Shown here: positions 1-15,155 of the stretch, one piece after another
Position numbering within the stretch: the first letter of the stretch is position 1
Layout of the letters: every line of letters begins with the position of its first letter
Assembly: GCF_009914755.1 (NCBI RefSeq)
Contig: NC_060925.1
DNA: 64,000 nucleotides
Source: the human T2T-CHM13v2.0 reference genome, Homo sapiens
Strand: one strand, 5' to 3'
Translations under genes and position numbers: made by a program
Notes under the pieces: model-generated
Told to the model about the DNA's origin: nothing
Database searches by the model: none
The model's input: only the letters and a program-made list of their open reading frames with translations

Positions 1-586
1 AACCATTGTGGAAGACAGTGTGGCGGTCCCTTAAGGATCTAGAACTAGAAATACCATTTGACCCAGCCATCCCATTACTGGGTATATACCCAAAGGATTA
101 TAAATCATGCTACTATAAAGACACATGCACACATATGTTTATGGCAGCACTACTCACAATAGCAAAGACTTGGAACCAATGCAAATGTCCATCAATGATA
201 GACTGGATTAAGAAAATGTCCACATATACACCATGGATTACTATGCAGCCATAAAAATTGATGAGTTCATGTCCTTTGCAGGGACATGGATGAAGCTGGA
301 AACCATCATTCTCAGCAAACTATCACAAGGACAGAAAACCAAACACCGCATGTTCTCACTCATGGGTGGGAACTGAACAATGAGATCACTTGGACACAGG
401 GCGGGGAACATCACACACCGGGGCCTGTTGGAGGGTAGGAGGCTGGGAGAGGGATAGCATTAGGAGAAACATCTAATGTAAATGATGAGTTGACAGGTGC
501 AGCAAACCAACATGGCACATGTATACCTATGTATCAAACCTGCACGTTGTGCACATGTACCCTAGAACTTAAAGTATAATAAAAAA
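1..586 (+). mobile_element. L1PA 3' end (ORF2 C-terminus, 3'UTR, poly-A)
   Basis: EIPFDPAIPLLGIYPKDYKS; canonical L1PA 3'UTR ending ...agaacttaaagtataataaaaa. Confidence 0.95.
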
Positions 587-674
587 ATTTTTTCTATGGA
601 AAAGTATATTAATTGCTTTTCTCATCTTTCCTAGATTTTTCCTGCCCGCATATAAAAACTTAACCCTGATAACT

Positions 675-692
675 GCTGCCACCTGGTGGCAA
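675..692 (-). promoter_or_regulatory. Candidate CTCF site
   Basis: Minus strand TTGCCACCAGGTGGCAGC matches the CTCF core CCASYAGRKGGCRS. Confidence 0.6.
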
Positions 693-1325
693 TATTCCTA
701 GCTTACAAAAACAGGGTTTTGAAAGGTTGAAAAGTGTGACTGGCGTTTCACAATCCAAGTCAGATGTGAAAACGGCTCCTAACATCTCCACAGCTCTTTC
801 CTAGGTGAAGACAACAGGTAACTGTTCATTTGTCTTGTCTGAGACTGCCCCTTTTCCCCACTCACGTCAAAGCAGCCAAAACATCACCTTTCCAGCTATT
901 CTAAAATTTCCCCCGTCTCACATCCATGCCTCTGACCTCTCAATCCTTTAACACGATAGTGTTCATCCCTTTAACACTCCAGAAAACTTTCTAAGTGTTC
1001 TCTTCCTATGTTTGCACAGTCTTCTTTGCAGCATGATATTAGTAGATAAGCTCTCTGAGTGTTTCCTCAGCCTAAGATGAAAGAATGTATGTAAAGTGCA
1101 GAGCAGCCTCTGAGTTCTCCAGGATACGTCATTCCCCTCATCATTTTTAAAGTCTTGTGGGAGCCTGGTTCATGAAATATCACACACTGTACTCAGCACA
1201 GTGGCTTCTATGTAGAGGCACCCAATAAATAAGTATGGAATGAGCCAACTGTATAGACGGGGACTTCAAACAGTCCTGTTAAAATACACATATTTTGCCA
1301 GTTCGAGTTTATTACAGAGCTCCTA

Positions 1326-1371
1326 TTAGGTTGGTGCAAAAGTAATTGTGGTTTTTGCCAATACTTTTAAT
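1326..1371 (+). mobile_element. Half MADE1 (Hsmar1-derived MITE)
   Basis: TTAGGTTGGTGCAAAAGTAATTGTGGTTTTTGCCA...TTTTAAT = one TIR plus spacer. Confidence 0.85.
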
Positions 1372-1627
1372 ATTATCATGCCTGTAGTTTAGCTTTTCCT
1401 GTTAGCTGGGAATGGAATGATGAGACCAGACACATTTTAAATGAGAATGGAAAGAGGTAGGCACAACGTCCTAGGCAACTGATGATATTGGAAAGATCAA
1501 CATGGAGCTTCACACTGGGTCCTGGGGAAAACAGGCACAGAATGTAGATGTTTTTCTCAAAATTAGTAGAAGTCTAGTGAAGCCCTTGCTATGTGTTCAA
1601 TATTAAACTACTGATGTTGTAACCTAA

Positions 1628-3512
<1,885 letters not shown>

Positions 3513-4229
3513 GTATGGTTTAACAGCCTCCTGTATGATTCCGGAAACTAGCAAATGCCCTTTTGAAAACTGGTCACGTATTTGGGGTCCCGGAAGTTTT
3601 CCACATGTCATTCTAGTTCAATGTGACCTTTAAATATGTTGCTGATTTCACCCTTCCTTAGCAATTGGCTTTCTTCTTGGGCATATCTCAGCATGTGTAC
3701 AAAATCGGCAAATGTCTGCAGAGAAAAAAGGTGGCTGGCTCTTTTCATCTCACCTCAGAAAGGTTCTCATCTCTCTGGATTTTATTAGTCCTGATTTATC
3801 TGATTTATCTGGATTTACCTTGTCCTGATTGCCTCCATAATGCTGTGATGCGTTTAACACCATAATTTTTGTAATTTAGTTGGCTTTTGCTAATTGTTGT
3901 AGCAGGAACAATGGTTCCTTCAGTGTAGTCGGAAGCAAGCATAAAATACCAGGTGCTTTATATGTCATATTTTAGCCTGTTTTCACCATAATACCACAGG
4001 TTATATTGGATTTTGTTGGTTCCAAAGTCCTTCCTTAGAAATTCACCTTTCCCCTATCCAGTGTACTTCTAACGAGGTGAACAGTGTTGGTGTTACCCTC
4101 TCCCAACTCTAACCTCAGCAATGGGTACTTTTTTTCAGTCCAGAAAAATTGTAGCACTTCATTCCCCTAGAAACAATGATGAAACCGGGAGTCATGCATG
4201 ACTCCCATGAGGTCATTAGAGTCATTCTT

Positions 4230-4525
4230 TTTTTGTGTGTGTGTGACGAAGTTTTGCTCTTGTTGCTCAGGCTGGAGTGCAATGGTGTGATCTCAGCTCA
4301 CTGCAACCTCTGCCTCCAGGTTCAAGCAATTCTCCTGCCTCAGCCTCTTGAGTAGCTGGGATTACAGGTGCCCGCCACCACACCTGGCTAATTTTTTGTA
4401 TTTTTAGTATAGACAGGGTTTCGCCATGTTTGTCAGGCTGGTCCCGAACTCCTGACCTCAGGTGATCCAACTGCTTTGGCCTCCCAGAGTGTTGGGATTA
4501 CAGGCGTGAGCCACTGCGTGTGGCC
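4230..4525 (-). mobile_element. Alu (AluS-type) with 13-bp TSD
   Basis: TSD tagagtcattctt at 4217-4229 and 4526-4538. Confidence 0.95.
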
Positions 4526-5517
4526 TAGAGTCATTCTTCAGATTGAAATATAATTGTTAGGTGAAACAAGTATTTCCACTGGAAAAATACAAGCTTGGGG
4601 ACTTCAGTAGTGATTGTTTTGACCAGATGAAGATTATCTGCAGAATAAAATGAAATAAAAGCTAGCAGAGGTGTTTGTGTATGCATGTGTATGTTTGTGT
4701 ATATGTGTGTTGCGGGGGTTGGCGTGGGGGAAGAGAGAAAGCGCATGAGCACAAGACAGTGATCTAGACCCACCTGCATAAAGAGAACTAATACATTCCC
4801 TTGTTGCTTAAGCTTCTTTGAGTTTTTGCCACTTGCAAATTTTTCTAAGTCCTGATGAATAGGCTAAAATCATCCCAACTTTTTCTATAAAAAGATTGAT
4901 ATTCAGAGAGATTAAATAATATAACTAATGTCACACAGCCAGCAATTGCTGAGCTAGGATTTGAATCCAAGTGGGCCTAACTCCAAAGTCCATGCTTTTC
5001 CTACAACATCATGCTTCTGCCACACTTAATGTTAAGGAAACTAAGCCGTAATATGAGGGACCCAACTTGTCCCAGGTTCTCCCAGCTCTTGGGTTAACTG
5101 GCATTTGTCAGGTCTTTAGAGAGTAGATATGGGGAAAGGGCATATGCCTCACCGAAGAAGGGAAATGTGCATGTTCAAGTTCTATTCCTTGGCCATGATG
5201 AACTTTGCTTGTGGGCATAATTATCAATCATCCAGCTCTACTGACCACCACAGAGTAGGTGCAGTGGGGCTAAATAATGGATAGACATCTGTTTATGCCC
5301 TCTGTGATCTTTCAGCCTAATAAATATTAGCATCTTACTTTACATTTGCATTCTGTTCATATAGTTCTATTCCACTTGTCTTTTATGAAATCTTCGTGAT
5401 GTACCTTGGGCAGTGAGAGGAAGTATAGAAAAGTGGTTGAGAGCATGCACTCAGACACCAGACAGCTCTGATTTGCATCCTGGCTCTGCCGCTTACTTAC
5501 GTGACCTCAGACAAGCC

Positions 5518-5848
5518 ATGGTTGTGCATCCCTTAAATATGGAGATGTGCTCTGAGAAATGTGTTGTTAGGCAATTCTGTTATTGTGCAAACATCATAGA
5601 GTGTACATACACAAACCTAGATGGTATGGCCTGCTACACACCTAGGGTATACGGTATTGCTTCTGGACTGCAAACCTATACAACCTGTTACTTTACTGAA
5701 CACTGTGGGCGTTTATAACACAATGGTAAGTATTTGTGTATCTAAACATAGAAAAGGTATGGTAAATGCACAATATTATAATCTTATGGGACCACCATCA
5801 TATATGCAGTTCATTGTTGACCAAAATGTCTTACGCGGCATATGACTG
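5518..5848. mobile_element. Tigger3/MER7-like DNA transposon inserted in a MIR
   Basis: Consensus-like text (aacatcatagagtgtac..acacaaacctagatggtat); terminal ...gcggcatatgactg; MIR-like flanks. Confidence 0.75.
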
Positions 5849-8800
5849 AACTTAACAACTTCTGTGCTTGTTTCATCATTGGCAAAATGGGGATAACAAG
5901 TAGTGACTACATCGTAAGGTATTATATACATTAAATAAAGTACAATATGTAAATTGCCTAGTCTGATGTCTAGTGCCTGGTAAGTGTCATATTATTTCTG
6001 CTATTATTAGCTATGAGGGGTGGTGCCAGAGGCAGCTAGTTATCCACTGCCCTGGTTTGAGTTTGCCTGAAAACAGAGCCTGAATTGTGAGTAGGTAGTT
6101 TAATTGCAAGGTGATCCTAGGACGCAGGAGTAAAAGAGTGTGGAGAGTGAGATGGGAAGGAAATGAGAAATTCTAAGGCAGGGGAAGGTGTTCAGCTAGC
6201 CTGAGATGAAGATTAGGACAAACACTGGCAGACATTACACAGAGACAGCTTAGCTCATGTGTGCCTCAACTAAACCCTCAACATTTTCTGGAGAAACCAT
6301 AAATAGTTCATATAATGTTAGGTTTTTTAAAAGTCCCCCATAAAGTATCTGAGACCCTTTTTGTAAAGTTAAAACAACTACAATAAAGATACATACTCTG
6401 GAAATTCACCTACCACAACTGAACTTATATCTCAAGAAATTAAGGTAATGATAAACTCAGGATGTAAGATGTGGTTACTTAGATGGGGTAGACATAGAAA
6501 CTAAATGGTGAAGGATCTATTTGGTTAGATATAGTTACATGTGGGACAACTGAGACACAGACAACCAGAACAGAATAGAGAGTCCAGAAATAGATTCATT
6601 ATGGATATTTTATCTATAACCAAGGTGGCACTGAAAAGCAGTGGAAAAAAAAAGGATAGTATTTTCAATGAATGGTACTGGGTAATTAAATAACCACATG
6701 GAAAATGACTACTTCACATCACATGCAAAAAAATCAATTCTAGTGAAAGATAAAACAGTAATGCTATTAGAAAATAACATTTAAAAATTGTCATAACCTT
6801 AGCTAGAAAGATTTCTTAAACAGGACACAAAAATAACTCATTAACCATAAAGGAAATAACTTATAACTTGGAACACATTAAAATTATGAATTTCTGTTTA
6901 TCTAAAGGCATCACTGAAAGGGTTAAAGAGTTGGCGAAGATATTTATAATCTACTGAGCATTATCAGTATATTATCTCTCAGTTCCAGATTCATTCATTC
7001 TCTATTGCTTGCTCTGCAAATATGGTACTGGACCTTTTAAATAGCTTTCCTTTGCCAGCTGGCATGATTTTAGGCTTTGTCAGTACAGGATGCTAGAGAA
7101 ACACTGTAGGAGAAAAGGGGTTTTCCCTTCCTCGTTCTGGCATGCTCTCTCAGCAGACTCTAGCAGCCTGCAGCTGCTGCAGCACCCAGCTCTGCACCTG
7201 AACAGGAAGAAGTGTGAAACAGGAGAAAACAATCACTCCCAGTCAATGTGATGGGTTAAGGCTGCAGAAACCTTGCCTGTGGCCAAAAGCAGAAACAAAT
7301 GAGAGTCTGAGACTAGACGAGATCCACATCACACAGGGACCAGATACTGGTTCAAGTTGATCCACCTGCACAAAAGGAGGACACTGAACTGAGCAGGAAA
7401 CACAGGACTTGCCCTGGGGTGATGTACACTGTAGGGCCACTGAGGAAGCATGGTCAGATGACGATGATCCTTTGAACAAGAATTAGAAAATGTCTTTCAG
7501 TCAGCAGATCCGACAAATGGGAAAACATGAATGGAAATACACATAAAAGGACAATGATTTGAAAAAATGATTTTGAAATAGCATATATTAACGTTCCAGT
7601 ATATAAGGTAGAAATAGCACCCACAAAAAAGAAAAGGAGGTTATGAAACTAGTGAGGGCAATTATGAAGCAAGAACAGTCTATAAAATAAAACCATGGAA
7701 ATTAAAATATAATAAACAAAAAAAGTAAACTCAAAAGAGGGTTAAATATGCCCAATAAGTGCAAGAAAAGATGCTCAACATCATTAATGATCAGGGAAAT
7801 GCAAATTGAAACCACAAAATGGTACAATGTCACACCTACTAAGGTGACTATAATAAAAAATAGAAAATGAGCGTTGGCAAGGATGTAGAGAAATTGTAAC
7901 TGTCATACATTGTGATGGGAATGTAAAATAGTACATCTGCTGTGGAAAACAGTGTGATGGTTCCCCAAAAAGCTAAGGTTTGCTGCTATGGAATGAAGAA
8001 AAAGTAAGTCGGGGTAAGGAACATCAAGAGTGTGGGGGCAGGGAGAGTGCAGTTTGCAGTATTCAACGGGGTGATCAGCTTAAGCCTTGTTGAAAAAGGA
8101 ATTATTAAATAAAAGACAGAATGGAGGTAATGAGCTATGGAACGTCTGGGAAAAGAGTGTTCTGGGCCAGGAGAACAGTTCATGCAAAGGTCCTGAGGCA
8201 GAACCGTGTCTGGGTGTTCAAGAAAACAAGGAGATGGGCAGAACTGCAGCATGGTGTGAGGAGAGAGGCCTGATCCGGGAGAGTCTCCTAGGCCGTTTTT
8301 AACACTGTCTTTCACCCTGAGTGAAAGCAGGGGCCATTGCAAAGGAACATTATGAGACTAAAGTTTGGCTGCTGGGTTGGGAATAGAGCACAGGGGACAA
8401 GGTTTAAAGCAGAGAAGCCAAGAAGGCTATCTTAGTAACCCAGGTGAGAGGTGTCTCAGGCCAGTGTAGCAATGGACATGGTAAGATTTGTTCAATACTA
8501 ACCCTATCTTGAAGGAAACATCTTCTTTGTTCCAGAATGCAATCCATGACCCTATATTGCATTTAGATGTTGTATCTCCTTAGTCTCCTCCAACTTGGAA
8601 CAATTCCTGTCTTTAGTGGCCTGCACACATTTGAAGAGGACTGGCCAGTTATCTTTCTAGAATGTTTCTCAATTTAGGTATGTCTGATGTTTTTCTATGT
8701 TTGAATTCAAGTTACGTATTTTTGAAAAGAATATCACAGAACTGATATTGTGTCTTTCTCAGTACATTGGGTGTTACATAATGTTGACATGTCTCATTGT

Positions 8801-9470
8801 TGATGAGAAAGTAATGTCAACTTTGATCATTTGGTTTAAATTGTGTCTGCCTTGCTTCATTCATTATGAAGTTACTATTTTCCCTTTATAATTAATATCT
8901 TGTAGCAGAATATTTTCAGACTGTGCAAATATCCTGTTTCTTATCATATTTTTATACAATAATTTTAACATCCCATGATATTTCTTGTCTCTAACAATTA
9001 TTACTATGTAGTGTTTGCCAAATCATGATTTTCTGTTTCTACCACTTTTACATTTATTAACTGGCATTCTATTGTAAGGAAGAACTGCCCTTTCTTCCCT
9101 AATTATATATTTATTCAATATTTATTGACAACAGTATAGACTCCTGATATTTACTTTATTCTGTGAACTATAATTCATTTTATTATTATATTTATCATTT
9201 ATTTTGTTGCTCAAATTGTCCCAGATTTGATTGGCCATTGGGAACTCCTTCAAGGTGGATCTTGTATCCTTTTGACATGGCTCAATCATCTTTTTTAGCA
9301 CTTCTTTACTACTCTCTGTAACCATAAGATGTTACAGTCTTTTCTTCTACTTTCCCTGCCTCAGCCCAAGAATCAGCCATTTCTTCAGGGACTCCTGGTT
9401 CCTTTTTATTGAAGAATGGAATTTAAAAACCGATATCTGGGCACTATATATACTTATTGCTACTGGAATA

Positions 9471-9740
9471 TAATTGCTTCAAGGGCCTCTCAGCAGTTAA
9501 AGCTAGGAAATACATTTATGTTTACATATTTTATATCAATTTCTGTATGGATATGTAATCATGGTTTTAAATATATTTTTAAATACATATTTATAAATAT
9601 ATTATTATAATATTGTAATTGTTTCAAGGGCCTCTCAGCAGTTAAAGCTGGGAAATATATGTTATACATATTTTATATCAATTTCTGTATGGATATATAA
9701 TCATGGTTTTAAATATATTTTAAAATATATTATTGTAATA
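9471..9740. repeat. 145-bp-period tandem duplication
   Basis: taattg.ttcaagggcctctcagcagttaaagct at 9471 and 9616. Confidence 0.9.
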
Positions 9741-11513
9741 TATATTTTAAATATATATTTAAATAAAACCTTAATTAAATACTGAAATACCTTCAATTCC
9801 AATACCAAAGGGTTCATTCTAGCCTCTTCTCTTTCCCTATTTATAACTTATTTCTCTGACAGTGAGAAACACAGCTCTCATTATCTACAGGACATTTATT
9901 TACTTGCTTACTTTTGGAAGATACATGAGGTAGTTTAAGAATTGTTCCTAGCCAGAGTAATCAGGTAAGAGAAAGAAAAAAAATGACATGTAAATAGGAA
10001 GAGAGAAAGTCAAACTATCTCTGTTTGCAGACCACATGATACTATAGCTAAAAAAACCCATAGTCTCAGCCTAAAAGCTCCTTCAGCTGATAAACAACTT
10101 CAGCAAAATTTCAGAATACAAAATCAATGTACAAAAATAACTAGCATTCCTATACACCAACAGCCAAGCCAAGAGCCAAATTAGAAAGGCAATCCCTTTC
10201 TAATTTGGGAATTACAATTGCCACAAAAAGGTTAGAATACTTAGGGATACAGCTAACCAGGAAGGTGAAAGATCTCTACAATGAGAATTACAAAACACTG
10301 CTCAAAGATATCAGAGAAGACACAAACAAATGGAATAATATCCCATGCTCGTGGATAGGAAGAATCAATATCATTAAAATGGCCATACTGCCCAAAGCAA
10401 TTTACAGATTCAATGCTATTCCTATCAAACTACGAACAACATTCTTCGTAGAACTAGAAAAAACTATTTTAAAATTCATATGGAACCAAAACAGAGCCCG
10501 AATAGCCAAGGCAAACCTCAGCAGAAAGAACAAAGCTAGAGACATCACCCAACTTTAAACTATACTACAGGACTACAGTAACCAAACAGCATTGTACTGG
10601 TACAGAAACAGGTACATAGACCAATGGAACAGAGTAGAGAGCCCAGAAATAAGAATGCACACCTATGACCAGTTGATCTTCAACAAAGCTGATAAAAACA
10701 AAGGAGAAATGACTCCCCTATTCAATAAAAGGTGCTGGGAGAACTGGCTAGCCATATGCAGAAGATTGAAACTGGACCCCTTCCTTACACCATATACAAA
10801 AATCAACTCAAAATGGATTAAAGACTTAAATGTAAAACCAAAAACTATAAAAACTCTGGAAGACACCTAGGCAATATCATCCTGGACATAGGAACGGGCA
10901 AAGATTTCATGACAAAGTTGCCAAAAACAATCACAACAAAAGGAAAAGTTGACAAGTGGGATCTAATTAAACTTAAGAGCTTCTGCACAGCAAAGGAAAC
11001 TATCAACAGAGTAAACAGACAACTTACAGAATGGGAGAAAATATTTACAAACTATGCATCTGACAAAGATCTAAGAGCCAGCATCTATAAGGAACTTAAA
11101 CAAATTTACAAGAGAAAAACGACCCCATCAAAAAGCGGGCAAAGGACATGAACAGACACTTTTCAAAAGAACACATACATGTGGCCGATAAGCATATGAA
11201 AAAAAAACTCAACATCACTGGTTATCAGAGAAATGCAAATCAAAACCAGAATGAGATACCATCTCACACCAGTCAGAATGGCTATTTGTTGACAGTCAGT
11301 ATCTGTCAACAAATAACAGATGCTGGCGAGGTTGCAGAGAAAAGGGAACACACTTATACACTGTTGATGGGAGTGTAAATTAGTTCAACCAATGTGGAAA
11401 ACAGTATGGCTATTCCTCAAAGAGCTAAAAGCAGAACTACCATTTAACCCAGCAATCCCATTACTGGGTATATACCCAGAGGAATAGAAATCACTCTGCC
11501 ATAAAGACACATG

Positions 11514-11775
11514 TGGCCAGGTACAGCGGCTCTCAGCCATAATCCCAGCACTTTGAGATCAGCCTGGGCAACATGGCCAATCCCTGTCTCTACCAAAAAT
11601 ACAAAAATTAGTCAGGTGTGGTGGTGCATGCCTGTGGTCCCACCTACCAAGGAAGCTGAGATGGGACGATCACCTGAGCCTGGGGAGGTCAAGGCTGCAG
11701 TTAGCCATGATCGTGCCACTGCACTCCAGCCTGGGTGACAGAGTGACACCCTGCCTCAGACAAAAAAAAAAAAAG
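11514..11775 (+). mobile_element. AluJ-like with internal deletion, inside L1
   Basis: gaggtcaaggctgcag diagnostic; poly-A. Confidence 0.85.
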
Positions 11776-11930
11776 GATACAGCACACATGCAGGTGAATG
11801 TTCATTGCAACACTATTCACAATAGCAAAGACATGGAATCAACCTAAATGCGCATCAGTGACAAACTGGATAAAGAAAAGTGGTATATACACACCATGGA
11901 ATATTATGCAGCCATAAAAAAAACAAGATC

Positions 11931-12307
<377 letters not shown>

Positions 12308-14081
12308 CTAATGCAGGAACAGATAAAGAAATACCACATGTTCTCACTTATAAGTGGGAGCTAAATGATGAGCACTCATAAACACAAAGAAGGAAACAAC
12401 AGAAACTGAGGTTTTCTTGAGGGTGGAGGGTGGGAGAAGTGGGAGGAGGGGAAAAAGGTAACTGTTAGGTACTGGGCTTAATACCTGGCTGATGAAATAA
12501 TCTGTACAACAAACACTTGTGACACAAGTTTACCTTGTGTAACAAACCTTCATACCTGCCCATGAACCTAAAATAAAGGTTTTTTTTTTTTTTTAAAGAA
12601 TTGCTAATGTGTACACCGGTAAGAAATAAATTTACTAACTAGAGTACAGTATTTGTGTATAGTTCTTTTTGTCTTTAGCCTTTCCATATAAATTCAAAAT
12701 CCTATTTTCCAAAGTTAAAATTATCAAGGTTAGTACTTTTCTTTCCTAGCCTCTTCAGTGCAGTTACATTGTTGTTGTTAAGTAGAATTCATTTGTTACT
12801 GTTCGTATTCCATTTTTAGTTGCCCCCATCACTACCACATTTTCATTGAGAGGATGAATTTTTGCATTATATTAGGTAAGAGCGCTTTTTGCAATTGTTG
12901 TTAGGATACTCAAGTATGAGAAGAATAATTAATATGTATGTATGTATGTATGTTGCATACCCCCAGAGTGATCCTTACAGCTGTAACATTGCCTAACTCA
13001 GTACTCATTCTAACCCCCTCCAGTGTGCTTTCCTGTGATATAGGCTAGCAAGCTAAACCTAGAATTCCCAGATTCCCTGAAGTAAAGATTTCATTTGTGA
13101 CTTAGGTTCTGCTAAGCAAATGTGCCTATAGGAAATTTAGGTGAATTACAGAATAAAGGTAATTAATGTATAGGGGAGACCAGCTCTTCTGGAAAAGCTG
13201 AGGTAGAGATTCTAGTATCTAGTCTCCAACATCACGGATGCTGAGCTGCAGGCAGTGACAGCAGTGGGATTACCGCTAGAATAGTCCCAAGGTATTCTCC
13301 ATGGATCTGGCCTTTCTGCACATCTTGGACTATCTTTTCAAGGATATTCAAATAGGAAATAGCCTTGAAAACTGCAGATAAATCTCTATCTCTGGACGAA
13401 GAAGAAGAGGGGAAAAATGGGCTGGTCATCAGCAGCCTTATATATAACATCATAGTTTCCTAATTTTGGGTTTCTCTCTTGAAATGCACCCACTGAATGT
13501 GCAGGCACAGTTTGGTCCTCATTCCATCTCCCTTGTAGCTTGTGGAACTGGCAAAAGATTTTGATCTGGCTTTTGCTATTATTAATACATTCCCTTGTCT
13601 CTGACCCACAGGTCTTGTTTTTTTGTAGTGTGCATACACACACGGCAAAAGGCTAGGTTGTTAGGTTGCAAGTAGGGTAAAAGCTGAGACCTTTAACAGT
13701 ATGTCTTAAAAAGTGAGTCATCCATATCTCCTGGACATGTTGTTTCCAGATGTGTAGTATCCCATCCTGGTTTCCTGACCCTCCCAGAAACTCTAATACC
13801 ATCTAATGTCTTTTTTCTTAAATTAGCTTTAGTGGATTCCATTATCTGCAACTAACAGCTGTCATAAATAGAGGCAAGAATCTTGACAACCCATTGATCT
13901 ATGCTTTGGATTCGATGATAAAGACAGAAGACCCAATCATTGTATACCTAAGAGATAAGTTCAAGGAAGCTTATAAATAAGAAAAAAAAATAGATAAATT
14001 AGAAACTGGAAGGCAAGTTGCCCTTGAATAAAGTGCATGCAGAAGATGGGACAGAAAAACAACTCAGATTCATCAAAAATA

Positions 14082-14258
14082 TTTTTTTATTTATTTATTT
14101 TGAGACAGGGTCTTGCTTTGTCACCCAGGCTGGAGTGCAGTGGCACCATCGTGGCTCAATGCAGCCTCAATCTCCAGGGCTCAGGTGATCCTCCCACTTT
14201 AGCCTCCCAAGTAGCTGAGACTACAGGCGTGAGCCATCATGCCCAGCTAATTTTTTTG
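14082..14258 (-). mobile_element. Partial AluJ (right monomer)
   Basis: Antisense Alu consensus, ends at the middle A-linker. Confidence 0.85.
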
Positions 14259-15025
14259 TCAAGGCAAAAGGGTTTCATATGTGACCTAGGTTCTGTTAAG
14301 CAAATGGCCATGTGCTTTCACGTGCTTCAATCTTTATGGCAGGTGCCTGGTCCTATGGACATTTTAATTTCAGACTCTGGCTTAAAGACTTGGAGGCTAC
14401 ACTTCCAAAAGAAAAAGTAACATAATAATAGGTATGGCACCCACTCTGTGTAGCACTAGCTCCTAGAATTGGAGGGCTAGAAATTGATCTGGTGTCTATA
14501 GCAACTTATGAGGGACAGTCATGCCTAGGAAAATGTTCCCTGAGTGGATTAAAGTTTTAATGTGTGAGAACTGGTGTTTCTAGAGGAGACCTAGCAGAAG
14601 TGTGAAGGTAATACTATAAGAAAATAATTTTTAAAGTACCTTTTTTATACCTTTTCCTCAAACACTTCTTGAGGAGAGAATAGATGGGGTTGTTTTTTCA
14701 GGGAAAACAAGGATTTTACCAAGGAGAGAATGTAATTGGAAGACTCAACTTCCCCCTCCCCATCTCAGCTCCCCTTGAGGATGGTGGAAACTGTTCTAGA
14801 AGAGATTCTGGCTCCAACCAACAGTGAAGTGAGCAGTTGCTCACAGCAAAGAAGGAAGCACATAATCCACACAGGATAGCATCATTGTAGACTAGACACA
14901 AACTCCCTCTTTCCAAAAATAGCAGTGGGGAAAATGACCTTGAAAGGAAGAAGCTGACAACTGAGTTGCAGAGTTCAATTCAAGAAAAGAATCTCAGAGA
15001 ACTCGGTGGGTTCTTGTGTTTACAG

Positions 15026-15031
15026 TTTATT
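15026..15031 (-). terminator. OVGP1 polyadenylation signal AATAAA
   Basis: tttatt on the plus strand ~125 nt past the stop, overlapping an ATTAAA. Confidence 0.8.
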
Positions 15032-15155
15032 TAATGGAAAAGAGATTGGCCTATTCTGGTTTTGATGCCTGCTTTGCCCCGGGATGAGAAGGCTTCCAAC
15101 ATGTCACTTAGAAGAAAAGACAAGGGTTTTCCCTGGTTTCTGACACCAGAGGGGC

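Noticed and set aside
10205-11378. Series of ORFs resembling a reverse-transcriptase C-terminus
   Set aside because: Frameshifted fragments of a dead, 5'-truncated L1 ORF2
13232-13648. Overlapping minus-strand ORFs inside an LTR-like region
   Set aside because: No recognisable homology; a BLASTX search would be needed to exclude a pseudogene fragment
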